Part shown: positions 37,660 through 46,707 of the stretch, one piece after another
Position numbering within the stretch: position 1 is the stretch's first letter
Layout: every line of letters begins with the position of its first letter
Assembly (NCBI GenBank): GCA_043732185.1
Contig: JAYTHY010000118.1
Span: 1 to 55,311, forward strand
Source of the DNA: Fibrobacteria bacterium
Lineage (GTDB): Bacteria; Fibrobacterota; Fibrobacteria; UBA11236
Direction of reading: 5' to 3'
Length of the DNA stretch: 55,311 nucleotides
Notes under the pieces: model-generated
The model's input: the letters and a program-made list of their open reading frames with translations, nothing else
Databases searched by the model: none
Told to the model about the DNA's origin: nothing
Translations under genes and position numbers: made by a program

Positions 37660-38649
37660 TCATTTTTCAAAATCAGTAGGAGCTTCCGCCCGCCAATGTT
37701 CCAAAGCCCTTTCAAGCGGGTATTTAAATGTAAATCCTGCGTTTAGCAGATATTGGGGTTTGATAAAAGTGGGGGAGGCCACCTTACGCACTCGTACAGG
37801 GTGTATGGGAGAGCTTTTTCCAATCAGGCCCATGAGGAATTGGATGAGATGGGAAATACCAAGAAGCAATGGAAGTGGAAGCTTCATTGTAAATGCTCTT
37901 TTCCCGGTAACACTCTTGATTGTCTCTACCATACCTCTCAAATCGTGTTGAGGCCATTCAGTATAGTTATAGGTAATCACTGGTTCGCCAATCCTGTCCA
38001 TGACGAAATGAAAACTTTCAATTAAACCATGGATATATCCATAGGCCTTGTGGATGCCGGGGTCACCGGGGAAAAAGAAATAGCCTTTGCCAATGGCTTT
38101 GATCATGCGTAAAATATTCCCTACGTCATTGGGACCAAAGATCACGCTTGGCCTGCAAATGATGAGCCGGCGTGATTTGTTTGCGGCCAACCATGCAAGG
38201 TGCATTTTTTCCGCGACTAACTTGGATATGCCATAGGGCGTTTCCGCATATTGAGGCGTGGATTCCGGGGTCGGTTCGGCGGCGCGTCCATAAGTGGACA
38301 TGGTGCTGGTAAAGAAGATCCGCTTGGCATTCAGGCTTTCCGCAAAAGCTATGACATTTCCGGTGCCGACCATATTCGTGTCGAAATACTCGCGTGGTTC
38401 CGATCCGGGCTCCCTGCAGAGCGCAGCGAGATAAATAATCCAATCCCGATTGCCGTCGAAACCCTCTACCTCGGCCTGCATTGGGCTACGGATATCCGAA
38501 AACCTTTCGACCAGCCGCGAATCCATGATTCCACTTGGTTTTAAATCAAGATTGTAAATCCGTGCATATTTGCCCGAGGCCAAAAGGCTTCGGATGAGAA
38601 ATTTTCCGATATATCCCGAACCTCCGATAATAACGGCCACTTCTTGCAT
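37660..38649 (-). CDS. NAD-dependent epimerase/dehydratase
   Basis: GGSGYIG, YGISK, RPSVIFGP. Confidence 0.85.
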   Translation of the reverse strand: MQEVAVIIGGSGYIGKFLIRSLLASGKYARIYNLDLKPSGIMDSRLVERFSDIRSPMQAEVEGFDGNRDWIIYLAALCREPGSEPREYFDTNMVGTGNVIAFAESLNAKRIFFTSTMSTYGRAAEPTPESTPQYAETPYGISKLVAEKMHLAWLAANKSRRLIICRPSVIFGPNDVGNILRMIKAIGKGYFFFPGDPGIHKAYGYIHGLIESFHFVMDRIGEPVITYNYTEWPQHDLRGMVETIKSVTGKRAFTMKLPLPLLLGISHLIQFLMGLIGKSSPIHPVRVRKVASPTFIKPQYLLNAGFTFKYPLERALEHWRAEAPTDFEK

Positions 38650-38672
38650 TGCGTGCAGGGCTTCCCTTCAAA

Positions 38673-40118
38673 TCAGTAGATGTATGAAATTCTTAATCGA
38701 GCGATGTCGCTTCCGGCTCCCATTTGGTACCCGGCCTGAAAGGCAAATCCATTCCATGGCAAACTGGCAAAAATTCCAGTTGAAAAATTTGGGGAGGCCA
38801 CGTTGGCCAAGAAAATTTTCGGAGTGGTAGGATTAGCTGGCGCGGGATCGTTGATTTGAGATCCAAGGTCCTTACCTTTCCAAAGCAATTCGGGCTGGAA
38901 GGACAGATACCCCCCCTGATGCCTTTTAAAATAAACCTTGGCCTTGACGCTCTGTGAATTAGGCCCGTCTTGGTTTCCCAAGGGATAACCCAGATTGGCG
39001 GTCTGGGCAGAGTAGGGCGTGAAATGCGTATAAAGCCAAGGCTCCAAACGCGCGTATTCCAGGACGACGCCAGCGTCTCCATCCAAAATACTTTTCACCC
39101 AATGAACTCCGGCCATCCACCCCCATTTGTTCTGCGAATAATCCTTAGTGAACAGAGTAAGTGGCGATTCCAAATCGTCCAGTAAAAACTCCGAGTATAT
39201 GCCCCATTGGGAAGCTACCCGGTAGAAAACGTCAGCGGAAAGACTGCCATTGTTGGATCCTTCGCTTTGCAAACTTTTGGCCATGAACAAAGGAAATATA
39301 GGAGCGAAAAGGTAAGGGGCATTGTCTTCATATAGAACCAGTTGTTCCGAAATACCGATAAGGAGGTTTTCCATAGCCTTCAATTCATACCGATGCGCAT
39401 AGATTTTACGGTCTTGGTGATTGCGGTCCGAAATGTAAATATCGTCCACGGCAAGATCACCATAAAGACTGGTTAAAGTAAGCGGACCGAGTGAGGTGGT
39501 AAACCGATATTGAGGAAAGGGTATGGCGTCTTGACCGAAAACCAGATTTTCCAATAACCCCGGTCCCCAATGGGCGCCATCGCGGGCCACGGCTATGGTT
39601 CCAAAGGGAAGCTTTAAGGAAACGGTTCCCCGGTACCTTGAAAAGGAATCGTACGAAATGGTTCCCGTAATCGAGTCGAGTTGGCGATCCTGGCCTTCAC
39701 GATCAAAAGGGACGCCAGAATTAGGACCTTTTCCGTTGAAAAGTCTTGCATCTATGTCCAAGTGCAGTGGCCCATTTCGACCACTACCCATGATCCCAAA
39801 TTCCCCCAGAAAGGATTGCGAGCCCTGATATCGGTATTCTGCGCCGCTCAGGAGATCTATGCCGAGGTATTCCTGCCTATCGGACCTTTTATACTGGAGA
39901 TGAGAATGGTCTCGGCAGGACCAAGAGGAATCTGTTGCATCGCAATCTCTTGGATAAATGAAATTTGGATTGCGCTCCCCCTTGATTATTCGAGCATGTT
40001 CCGATTCAAGGGGAAATACTTCTGGTAAAACCAGGGTAGAAGTCCTACCAAGCGGAAGTAGGGACCCGGAAAAAACATTAGTGGCAAAAAGCACCCAGAC
40101 GAAGGAATGGGCGCTCAT
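38673..40118 (-). CDS. wzi: Capsule assembly Wzi-family outer-membrane beta-barrel
   Basis: WGPG, AHRYE, IGISE, YSEFLLDD, YTH...PLG..GPNS; terminal aromatic residue. Confidence 0.7.
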   Translation of the reverse strand: MSAHSFVWVLFATNVFSGSLLPLGRTSTLVLPEVFPLESEHARIIKGERNPNFIYPRDCDATDSSWSCRDHSHLQYKRSDRQEYLGIDLLSGAEYRYQGSQSFLGEFGIMGSGRNGPLHLDIDARLFNGKGPNSGVPFDREGQDRQLDSITGTISYDSFSRYRGTVSLKLPFGTIAVARDGAHWGPGLLENLVFGQDAIPFPQYRFTTSLGPLTLTSLYGDLAVDDIYISDRNHQDRKIYAHRYELKAMENLLIGISEQLVLYEDNAPYLFAPIFPLFMAKSLQSEGSNNGSLSADVFYRVASQWGIYSEFLLDDLESPLTLFTKDYSQNKWGWMAGVHWVKSILDGDAGVVLEYARLEPWLYTHFTPYSAQTANLGYPLGNQDGPNSQSVKAKVYFKRHQGGYLSFQPELLWKGKDLGSQINDPAPANPTTPKIFLANVASPNFSTGIFASLPWNGFAFQAGYQMGAGSDIARLRISYIY

Positions 40119-40125
40119 CAGCGCA

Positions 40126-41166
40126 TTATTTCGAATTTAAAGACTCCAGATCGGCTTTAATCATGATCTCAACCAACTGGTCAAATTTCACTTTTGGTGT
40201 CCACCCCAGTTTTTCTCTGGCCTTGGTTGGATTACCAAGCAAAAGCTCCACCTCGGCAGGTCGGTAGAATTTAGGATCGACTTCAACAATCACTTTACCG
40301 CTTTTTCGATCACGACCGATTTCACTATCGCCACGCCCTTCCCAACCAATTTCATACCCTGCGAAGGGTGCGGCTTTTTCGATGAATTCGCGTACCGTAT
40401 GGGTTTCTCCGGTAGCGGCCACATAATCGTCCGCTTCGTTCTGTTGCAGCATAAGCCACATCATTTCCACAAAGTCCTTGGCATATCCCCAGTCACGCTT
40501 GGCGTCCATATTACCGATGCGGAGCGTTGACTGTAAGCCAGCCTTTATGCGCGCTAGGGATAACGTTACCTTGCGGGTTACGAAATTCTCCCCACGGCGT
40601 GGGGATTCATGATTGAAGAGAATGCCATTGCTGGCATGCATGCCGTAAGATTCTCTATAATTCTTAACTATCCAGTAACCGTATAGCTTAGCTACCCCAT
40701 ATGGGGACCTTGGATAGAATGGTGTGTTTTCGGTTTGTGGAATTTCCTGGACCTTCCCGTAAAGCTCGGAAGTAGAAGCTTGATAAAACCTAGCGTCCAA
40801 TTTATTGCTGCGTATGGCCTCAAGTAAACGCAGTACTCCTGTGGCATCCACATCGGCTGTAAATTCCGGCGAATCAAAGGAAACTTTGACATGACTTTGG
40901 GCAGCTAAATTGTAGACCTCTGTTGGTCGGGTTTCGGCAATGATTCGGTTTAAGCTGCTGGAATCCCCCATGTCACCATAATGCAGGTCATAGATTTTAC
41001 CCTGTTTCCGGACATGTTCACGAACCTCTTCAATGCGGGTACGATTAAATAATGAGGTCCTTCGGATGATGCCATGAACATCGTACCCTTTTTCCAGTAA
41101 AAACTCGGCAAGATATGAGCCATCTTGCCCCGTGATACCGGTTATCAATGCAGTTTTCTTAGCCAT
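40126..41166 (-). CDS. gmd: GDP-mannose 4,6-dehydratase
   Basis: [50 protein letters not shown]. Confidence 0.97.
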   Translation of the reverse strand: MAKKTALITGITGQDGSYLAEFLLEKGYDVHGIIRRTSLFNRTRIEEVREHVRKQGKIYDLHYGDMGDSSSLNRIIAETRPTEVYNLAAQSHVKVSFDSPEFTADVDATGVLRLLEAIRSNKLDARFYQASTSELYGKVQEIPQTENTPFYPRSPYGVAKLYGYWIVKNYRESYGMHASNGILFNHESPRRGENFVTRKVTLSLARIKAGLQSTLRIGNMDAKRDWGYAKDFVEMMWLMLQQNEADDYVAATGETHTVREFIEKAAPFAGYEIGWEGRGDSEIGRDRKSGKVIVEVDPKFYRPAEVELLLGNPTKAREKLGWTPKVKFDQLVEIMIKADLESLNSK

Positions 41167-41300
41167 GATTTCCTTATTTGCGAATCTGGGGTTTCCTACC
41201 GAAAGCAGTTTGCCTGCCCTTGCAGCCTTTCCTATACATTGGTTTCGCGATTACTGCCCAGAAAATAGAAAAAAGCCTGTTTCTTGCTAACTTTACCCCC

Positions 41301-42596
41301 ATGAAAATCCGCATCGGCATCATCGGCCTCGGCACCGTAGGCTCCGGCGTTCTCGACCTCCTCGACCGCCACCGCCAATTCTTTCTCCAGAGCCTTGGCT
41401 TCGAATTTGAACTCATCGCCATCTGCTCCCGCTCCCAGACCCGCCTCGACCGATTCGTCGGCCGCGCCCCAATCTTAACCCGTAACCCTCTCGAACTCGC
41501 CACAAACCCCGACATTGACGTCCTCCTCGAAGTCGCCGGCGGCGAGGACCAGCCCAAAACCTGGATCGAAACCGCCTTCACCCATAAAAAACACGTCATC
41601 ACCGCCAACAAAGCTCTCCTTGCCAAGCATGGCCAAGACCTTTTCCCCCTGGCAGAAAAGCACGGCCGCTTTCTCCTCTTTGAAGCGGCGGTGGGTGGCG
41701 GCATCCCAATCATCCGCACCCTGCAAGAATGTTTTATCGCCAACGATATCCATGGCCTTGCATGCATCATCAACGGCACCTGCAATTATATCCTTACTGA
41801 AATGGCAACGTCCAAGCTCTCCTTTGAAACCGCCTTGCAGAGGGCTCAGGATTTGGGCTATGCAGAAGCGGATCCCAGCTTTGATATAGAAGGTACGGAC
41901 TCGGCCCATAAGCTGGCGCTGCTCGCGTCCATTTGTTATGGCAAGTATGTGGACTTTGCCAACATGTCCGTGGAAGGGATAACGACCATTTCTGCGATTG
42001 ACATACAAATGGCCGAGGAGATGGGGCTCACCATTAAACTGCTCGGCATCGTATCGCAAGACAAAAAGGGACGCATTCAGAGCAATGTGTATCCCGCTCT
42101 GGTAGCAAAAAGCCATCAGTTGGCTACGGTTAATGGCGTGCTCAACGCCGTGTTTCTCAAAACATCTGCTGTGGGTGCCATCTTGCTATCAGGCGCTGGA
42201 GCTGGAAGTTTGCCCACGGCCAGTTCGGTAATTTCGGATTTGGTTGCTCTGGCCCGACAGTTGGCTACTGGCAATCCTGTACCGCATCCAATGGGTTTCT
42301 TTTCGGTTAAGAATCTCGCGAATCTTGCACCCATCGACGATTTGGAAACGGAATTTTATTTGCGTCTCACCGCCGTGGACAAGCCCGGCGTGTTGGCCAA
42401 GGTCACAGCGATTTTAGGGGAAGAGGGTATTTCCATACGCGCCTTGGTGCAAAAGCCCGAGCACGATCCTGAAAATGTACCCATCATATTTTTAACCCAC
42501 ACGGCTCGCAACTCACATATTTACAATGCTCTGAAGCGGATTGACGCACTGGACATCATCCGCGCACCCACTCAGGTGCTGCGGTTTTATCAGTAG
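41301..42596 (+). CDS. hom: Homoserine dehydrogenase with ACT domain
   Basis: GLGTVGSG, ITANKA, FEAAVGGGIP, NGTCNYIL, GYAEADP, DKPGVLA. Confidence 0.95.
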   Translation: MKIRIGIIGLGTVGSGVLDLLDRHRQFFLQSLGFEFELIAICSRSQTRLDRFVGRAPILTRNPLELATNPDIDVLLEVAGGEDQPKTWIETAFTHKKHVITANKALLAKHGQDLFPLAEKHGRFLLFEAAVGGGIPIIRTLQECFIANDIHGLACIINGTCNYILTEMATSKLSFETALQRAQDLGYAEADPSFDIEGTDSAHKLALLASICYGKYVDFANMSVEGITTISAIDIQMAEEMGLTIKLLGIVSQDKKGRIQSNVYPALVAKSHQLATVNGVLNAVFLKTSAVGAILLSGAGAGSLPTASSVISDLVALARQLATGNPVPHPMGFFSVKNLANLAPIDDLETEFYLRLTAVDKPGVLAKVTAILGEEGISIRALVQKPEHDPENVPIIFLTHTARNSHIYNALKRIDALDIIRAPTQVLRFYQ

Positions 42597-42638
42597 GTAA
42601 AGCGTCGGAAAATCAGGTAACGATTATAACCGGAATAA

Positions 42639-43091
42639 TTACTTGAGGTTCTCTATATCTAAAAGATCGCGAGGCCTTCCAGTAGCACGTTTGTTTTGGA
42701 TCAAATGCAATTTCGAAATCATTGGAATCTTAAGCCCGTAAAAATCGGACTTAATGCTACCGGTAAAAAGTTCCTCGTTTATTACCCCATCCAAAGAGGT
42801 AATCAAATCAATTCGAACGGGGGGGAAACCCAATTGAATGACATTTCTTTCGGTCTGAAGATCTGCCTGGGAAATGGAAAGCTTTCCAAATCCAAATTTT
42901 TTAAGTGCAGATAAAATTTTTACAGCGTTTTCCGAATTAGTCCCGATGAGAATGTCCAAATCGCCTGTAAATCGCGGGTATCCATGAAACGCCACGGCAT
43001 ACCCACCTACAACTAAGAATTCAACTTTTTCTTCCAACAATAAGGCTAAGAACTCTTTGAAGTCTTGGTTCAAGTTCTTGTCGAATTTCAA
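42639..43091 (-). CDS. Nucleotidyltransferase-fold protein (DUF6036-like)
   Basis: VVGGYAVAFHG.PRFTGDLD, NKRATGRPRDLLD; exact start uncertain. Confidence 0.8.
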   Translation of the reverse strand: MKFDKNLNQDFKEFLALLLEEKVEFLVVGGYAVAFHGYPRFTGDLDILIGTNSENAVKILSALKKFGFGKLSISQADLQTERNVIQLGFPPVRIDLITSLDGVINEELFTGSIKSDFYGLKIPMISKLHLIQNKRATGRPRDLLDIENLK

Positions 43092-43206
43092 AGTATTGCC
43101 CCCGTAGGATAGCCATCGCTTCTAATCTTTTAGCTGGTGTCTGGGCTAACCAATATTCCCTATCGCCCGAATCTTCGTCCAATTTCCGCAAGGTGATATT
43201 TTTCAA
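43021..43206 (-). CDS. Small partner protein of the nucleotidyltransferase (putative antitoxin-like)
   Basis: D..YW...TP..RL......R..RLQRV pattern typical of small genes preceding this NTase family. Confidence 0.6.
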   Translation of the reverse strand: MKNITLRKLDEDSGDREYWLAQTPAKRLEAMAILRGQYFEIRQELEPRLQRVLSLIVGRKS

Positions 43207-43391
43207 GGTATGTCAATTATAGCTTTATTGCCGTCTCCAATCCATTGTCACATTATCGTCACGCCCAGGTTTGAGTTCATGCCTTTGACCTACCTGGCTG
43301 CCGCCCAGGATAATCGAGATAGGTTTACTGGGATTCTGCGTCGTGTAACCTTGTATTTTATCTGCCGGCTACGGTTGGATGGGGAAGATTC

Positions 43392-44834
43392 ATGCTCGCC
43401 AGAAAATTCGAGAAATATCTCATCTTCTCCTCGGATGTGGTTTCCATTAATCTGGCTTTTGCGCTTATTTTCTGGATGCGCTATAAAAGTGGTTTTTTGC
43501 CGGATGCTTTGGACCCGGATAAGAGTTTCGGCCATTATACGCGTATCGCCTTCATATTGTCGCTGGTTTGGATAGCCTATTTTTTCATTAGCGGCCTGTA
43601 CCGGGACTGGTATTTGCAGTCACGAGCCGTTCAGCTCGTTGTCGTCTCGAAGGAAATCACCACCGGCTGCCTGATTATCTTTGCCGTCACCACCGGCTCA
43701 GATATCATGGAGCACATTTACGAACACAAGCTGTACCATATTTTCACATGGTCGCGGGCTACATCCTTTATTTCCTACTGGGGCACCTTCCTTATTTCCG
43801 TTAACGGTTTCCGCATGCTCGTGCAAGCCTTTGTGCGGCGCCTGCTGCGCCAGGGGCGTGGGCTCGACCGCATACTCATTCTAGGCGCTACGGAATCCGG
43901 TTTCCAAATTCAGAAAGAACTCAAAGCGGTTCCGGAACTCGGTTGGAAATTATTCGGCTACGTCGACGAAAACCCGGCGCTTAAAGGAAAACAATTTCAG
44001 GAACATCCCGTGCTCGGAAAATATGCCGACTTACCCGAGATCATTGATTCGAACCGGATTGGCGGAATCATCATCAGCCATGAATCGGCTTCACACAATG
44101 AGATCATCCGCATCCTATCCCATGTCGCCGAGTTTCCGCTTTCCATATTCATAGTGCCGGATTTGTATGACGTCGCCAGCGGGCATTTCAAAACCAGCGC
44201 CGTGCACGGCATCACTTTGAAAGTATTGTTCCCCGAGCACATGCCGGTTTGGGAAGCGCAGATCAAACGGCTGATGGATATCGTGGTTTCCGCCTTGATT
44301 CTGGTGGGCGGATTCCCGGTGCTAATTTTGACCGCCCTGGCCATTAAACTGGACTCGAAGGGTCCGGCCTTCTATAGTCAAGAGCGTATCGGTTTGTATG
44401 GGAAGCGGTTTTTCATTCATAAGTTCCGCACCATGCGTACCGATGCCGAGAGTCAGGGTCCGCAATGGGCGACGGCCAAGGATTCGAGGGTAACGCGCCT
44501 GGGACGTATTTTGCGTCGTACCCGCATCGATGAGTTGCCGCAGCTGTGGTGTATTTTAATCGGAGATATGAGTCTTGTTGGGCCTCGTCCGGAACGGCAG
44601 CATTTCATCAGCCAGTTAAAGCATGAGGTGCCGCTGTATTTGCGCAGGCTCAAGATGAAACCGGGCCTGACGGGATGGGCGCAGGTCAAGCATCGTTATG
44701 ATTCTTCTATTGAAGATGTGAAGACTAAGATTCTGTTTGATTTGTGGTACTTTGAGAACATGTCCATTTCCTTGGATATGTTGATATTGCTGCGGACTGT
44801 TTGGGTTGTTGTCACTGGGTACGGGGCGCGGTGA
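43392..44834 (+). CDS. Polyprenyl glycosylphosphotransferase (WcaJ/WbaP-like priming transferase)
   Basis: N-terminal TMs; KFRTM, RIDELPQL, GDMSLVGPRPE, KPGLTGWAQV. Confidence 0.93.
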   Translation: MLARKFEKYLIFSSDVVSINLAFALIFWMRYKSGFLPDALDPDKSFGHYTRIAFILSLVWIAYFFISGLYRDWYLQSRAVQLVVVSKEITTGCLIIFAVTTGSDIMEHIYEHKLYHIFTWSRATSFISYWGTFLISVNGFRMLVQAFVRRLLRQGRGLDRILILGATESGFQIQKELKAVPELGWKLFGYVDENPALKGKQFQEHPVLGKYADLPEIIDSNRIGGIIISHESASHNEIIRILSHVAEFPLSIFIVPDLYDVASGHFKTSAVHGITLKVLFPEHMPVWEAQIKRLMDIVVSALILVGGFPVLILTALAIKLDSKGPAFYSQERIGLYGKRFFIHKFRTMRTDAESQGPQWATAKDSRVTRLGRILRRTRIDELPQLWCILIGDMSLVGPRPERQHFISQLKHEVPLYLRRLKMKPGLTGWAQVKHRYDSSIEDVKTKILFDLWYFENMSISLDMLILLRTVWVVVTGYGAR

Positions 44835-44843
44835 TTCTGTGGG

Positions 44844-45060
44844 GGCCCGGCTCTGCGCCTGGTGCCTCAACGGCTGCGGTCTTGTCTAGTCGATGCATTG
44901 GGTAGATGTCCGGGCCGGGGGGTTCGCAGGGTTTGGATTGCTCCGTAGCGCGCGAGCAGGTTCTGTAAACAGGGGTCTTTAGCAGGGCGCTGTTAGAGGC
45001 CGGGACCGGCCGGACTCGCCGCGACCTTTGCCAATTCGGCCCCAGGCGCAGAGCCGGGCC
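44844..45060. repeat. REPIN/MITE-like element with perfect 19-bp terminal inverted repeats
   Basis: GGCCCGGCTCTGCGCCTGG (44844-44862) and its reverse complement (45042-45060). Confidence 0.8.
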
Positions 45061-45130
45061 TCCTCACTTTCGGCGGGCTCCGGAACCAGTTGACTGGGGG
45101 CGGGGCTGCGGGTCTAAAGGGAACACGGAC

Positions 45131-45225
45131 TGGGATGGGATGGGATGGGATGGGGATGGGATCGCTGGCGCGCGAGGGTTCGCGTGCGAACCCTTCTTTG
45201 GTGGGGGATGGGACTGGGATGGGAG
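45131..45225. repeat. (TGGGA)n tract flanking a REP-like hairpin
   Basis: TGGGA x4 plus degenerate units; AGGGTTCGC-GT-GCGAACCCT at 45175-45194. Confidence 0.8.
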
Positions 45226-45267
45226 GGGGAGTTTGGTCGCGACCTCTGACAGCGTAAATATCCTCAC

Positions 45268-45312
45268 TTGACTAATTGAATACAAACGAATACAATAGGT
45301 GTGTATGTATTT
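45268..45312 (+). promoter_or_regulatory. Sigma70 promoter of the RHH-RelE operon with probable operator repeats
   Basis: TTGACT (45268) - 17 bp - TACAAT (45291); GAATACAA direct repeats at 45278 and 45288. Confidence 0.7.
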
Positions 45313-45329
45313 CAAAGAGAGGAATTAGA

Positions 45330-45572
45330 ATGGTCACTAAAACGGTTACGATGCGATTGCCTGCGGATATTTATGAAAAAATATCCTTCCTAGCCAAGGA
45401 AGATAATCGGCCAATTTCCAATTATATCGAGACTATCGCGCGTCGTTATATCGAGCATGAATCTAATATGGATGAATTCGAAATGAAAGAAATTCTTGAA
45501 AACAAGCCTTTGATGGCACGATTGAAAAAAGCTCACGAAAGCGCAAAGAAAGGTAAAGGCCGTTTTGTCTGA
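45330..45572 (+). CDS. CopG/RHH antitoxin
   Basis: TVTMRLP...I..LA..DNRPISNYI; overlaps the downstream toxin gene. Confidence 0.8.
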   Translation: MVTKTVTMRLPADIYEKISFLAKEDNRPISNYIETIARRYIEHESNMDEFEMKEILENKPLMARLKKAHESAKKGKGRFV

Positions 45573-45846
45573 ACCTTTCCGAATATTCGAAACCGATGTA
45601 TTCCTAGAGGATTTGGAAAAATTGCAACCATCAATAAAAGAAAGGATCAAATCGAAATTGAAAAAGGATATTTATTCCATTTTAAGACAACAGCCACACC
45701 ATGGAAAAAATATCAAAAAACTAGTCAACTATAGTCCCGAAACATGGAGATATAGAGTAGGAGACTTCAGAATATTTTACACGATCAAGGACAAAACCAA
45801 AATTATTTCGATCCTGACAATTTCCGATAGAAAAGATTCGTATTAA
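45565..45846 (+). CDS. RelE/ParE-family toxin
   Basis: IKKL...WRYRVGDFRIFY.I.......I..RKDSY. Confidence 0.9.
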   Translation: MSEPFRIFETDVFLEDLEKLQPSIKERIKSKLKKDIYSILRQQPHHGKNIKKLVNYSPETWRYRVGDFRIFYTIKDKTKIISILTISDRKDSY

Positions 45847-45919
45847 ATCGCCACCATTTTCTAAGCGGGCGAGGATTGAGACCGGGTTTTTAATTCGACG
45901 ATTACAGGAAGGCGAACAA
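45842..45919 (+). pseudogene. Remnant of a HigB/Gp49 (DUF891)-like toxin
   Basis: Reads IKSPPFSKRARIETGFLIRRLQEGEQ, in frame with the downstream HTH gene and without a start codon. Confidence 0.6.
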
Positions 45920-46222
45920 ATGAATGCGAACAAAAAGAAAAAATTAGAGGCCGCTGGTTGGAGAGTCGGGGACGCCAAGGATTTTCTCGGATTAAGTGCC
46001 TCGGAGATGGAATATATTGAGCTCAAATTAACTTTAGCTAGGAATTTGGTAAGTACAAGAAAAGCAAAAAGACTTACGCAAACTCAGCTTGCGGAAAAAC
46101 TTAAGACGAGTCAATCTAGGGTAGCAAAAATGGAAGCGGGAGATGCTTCTGTATCCATTGATTTGCTGTTTCGGTCTCTTTTTGAACTGGACCTGTCTAA
46201 ATCCGAGGTTGCCAAGTTTTAA
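45920..46222 (+). CDS. XRE-family HTH antitoxin (HigA-like)
   Basis: KLEAAGWRVGDAKDFLGLS..E, LTQTQLAEKL.TSQSRVAKMEAG. Confidence 0.85.
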   Translation: MNANKKKKLEAAGWRVGDAKDFLGLSASEMEYIELKLTLARNLVSTRKAKRLTQTQLAEKLKTSQSRVAKMEAGDASVSIDLLFRSLFELDLSKSEVAKF

Positions 46223-46275
46223 AATCCGCTCCAGTTCACGGCACAAAAAAGGCTGCGTAAAAAGTACTACTGTGT

Positions 46276-46315
46276 GGGCCCGGCACTGCACCTGGTGCCT
46301 CAACGGCTGCGGTCT
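46276..46315. repeat. Direct copy of the REP-like arm at 44843-44882
   Basis: 38 of 40 bases identical. Confidence 0.85.
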
Positions 46316-46424
46316 AGGGTGGGAGTTGGCTTCGGATGAGGATGGGTTTGGATTGTTGTGGACAGCTTACCCACAAAATACACCAACTTAAACAAAATTA
46401 TTTTTGGTTGTTTCCTTGGCGGCC

Positions 46425-46456
46425 TTGGCAGATACCAAGTATATTTGGTAAGATAT
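46425..46456 (+). promoter_or_regulatory. Putative hicAB promoter with operator palindrome
   Basis: TTGGCA..TAAGAT; TACCAA-gtatat-TTGGTA inverted repeat at 46433-46450. Confidence 0.55.
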
Positions 46457-46471
46457 AAGAAAGGGCATCTT

Positions 46472-46657
46472 ATGCCGTTAAGTGGAAAGGAAATGCTCAA
46501 ACGCTATGAAGAAAAAGGATGCATACCGCTTCGGCAAAATGGGAGCCATGTTATTGTTGGAAAGGGTTCTTTCAGAGAAACAATTCCGATGCATCGGGAA
46601 TTGAAAAAGGGACTGGAAAAATACCTGTTAAAACGGTTGAATGAGATTCCGAAATAA
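46472..46657 (+). CDS. hicA: HicA-family toxin
   Basis: RQNGSHVI...IPMH.ELKKG. Confidence 0.85.
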   Translation: MPLSGKEMLKRYEEKGCIPLRQNGSHVIVGKGSFRETIPMHRELKKGLEKYLLKRLNEIPK

Positions 46658-46707
46658 AAAAAGAGATAACGTAGATAGCAAGTGCATTACGGGCAAAGGA
46701 ATAGGAA

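Noticed and set aside
41174..42334. Long antisense ORFs over hom and similar shadow ORFs across the window
   Set aside because: No recognisable motifs; explained by codon bias of the real genes.
44864..45000. Integron attC site (GCCTCAAC ... GTTAGAG)
   Set aside because: The R'' box does not fit RYYYAAC, no L boxes are recognisable, the second copy lacks an R' partner, and no integrase is in the window.
44843..46315. Repeats as a CRISPR array
   Set aside because: Only two direct copies, 1.43 kb apart with genes between them; no cas genes.
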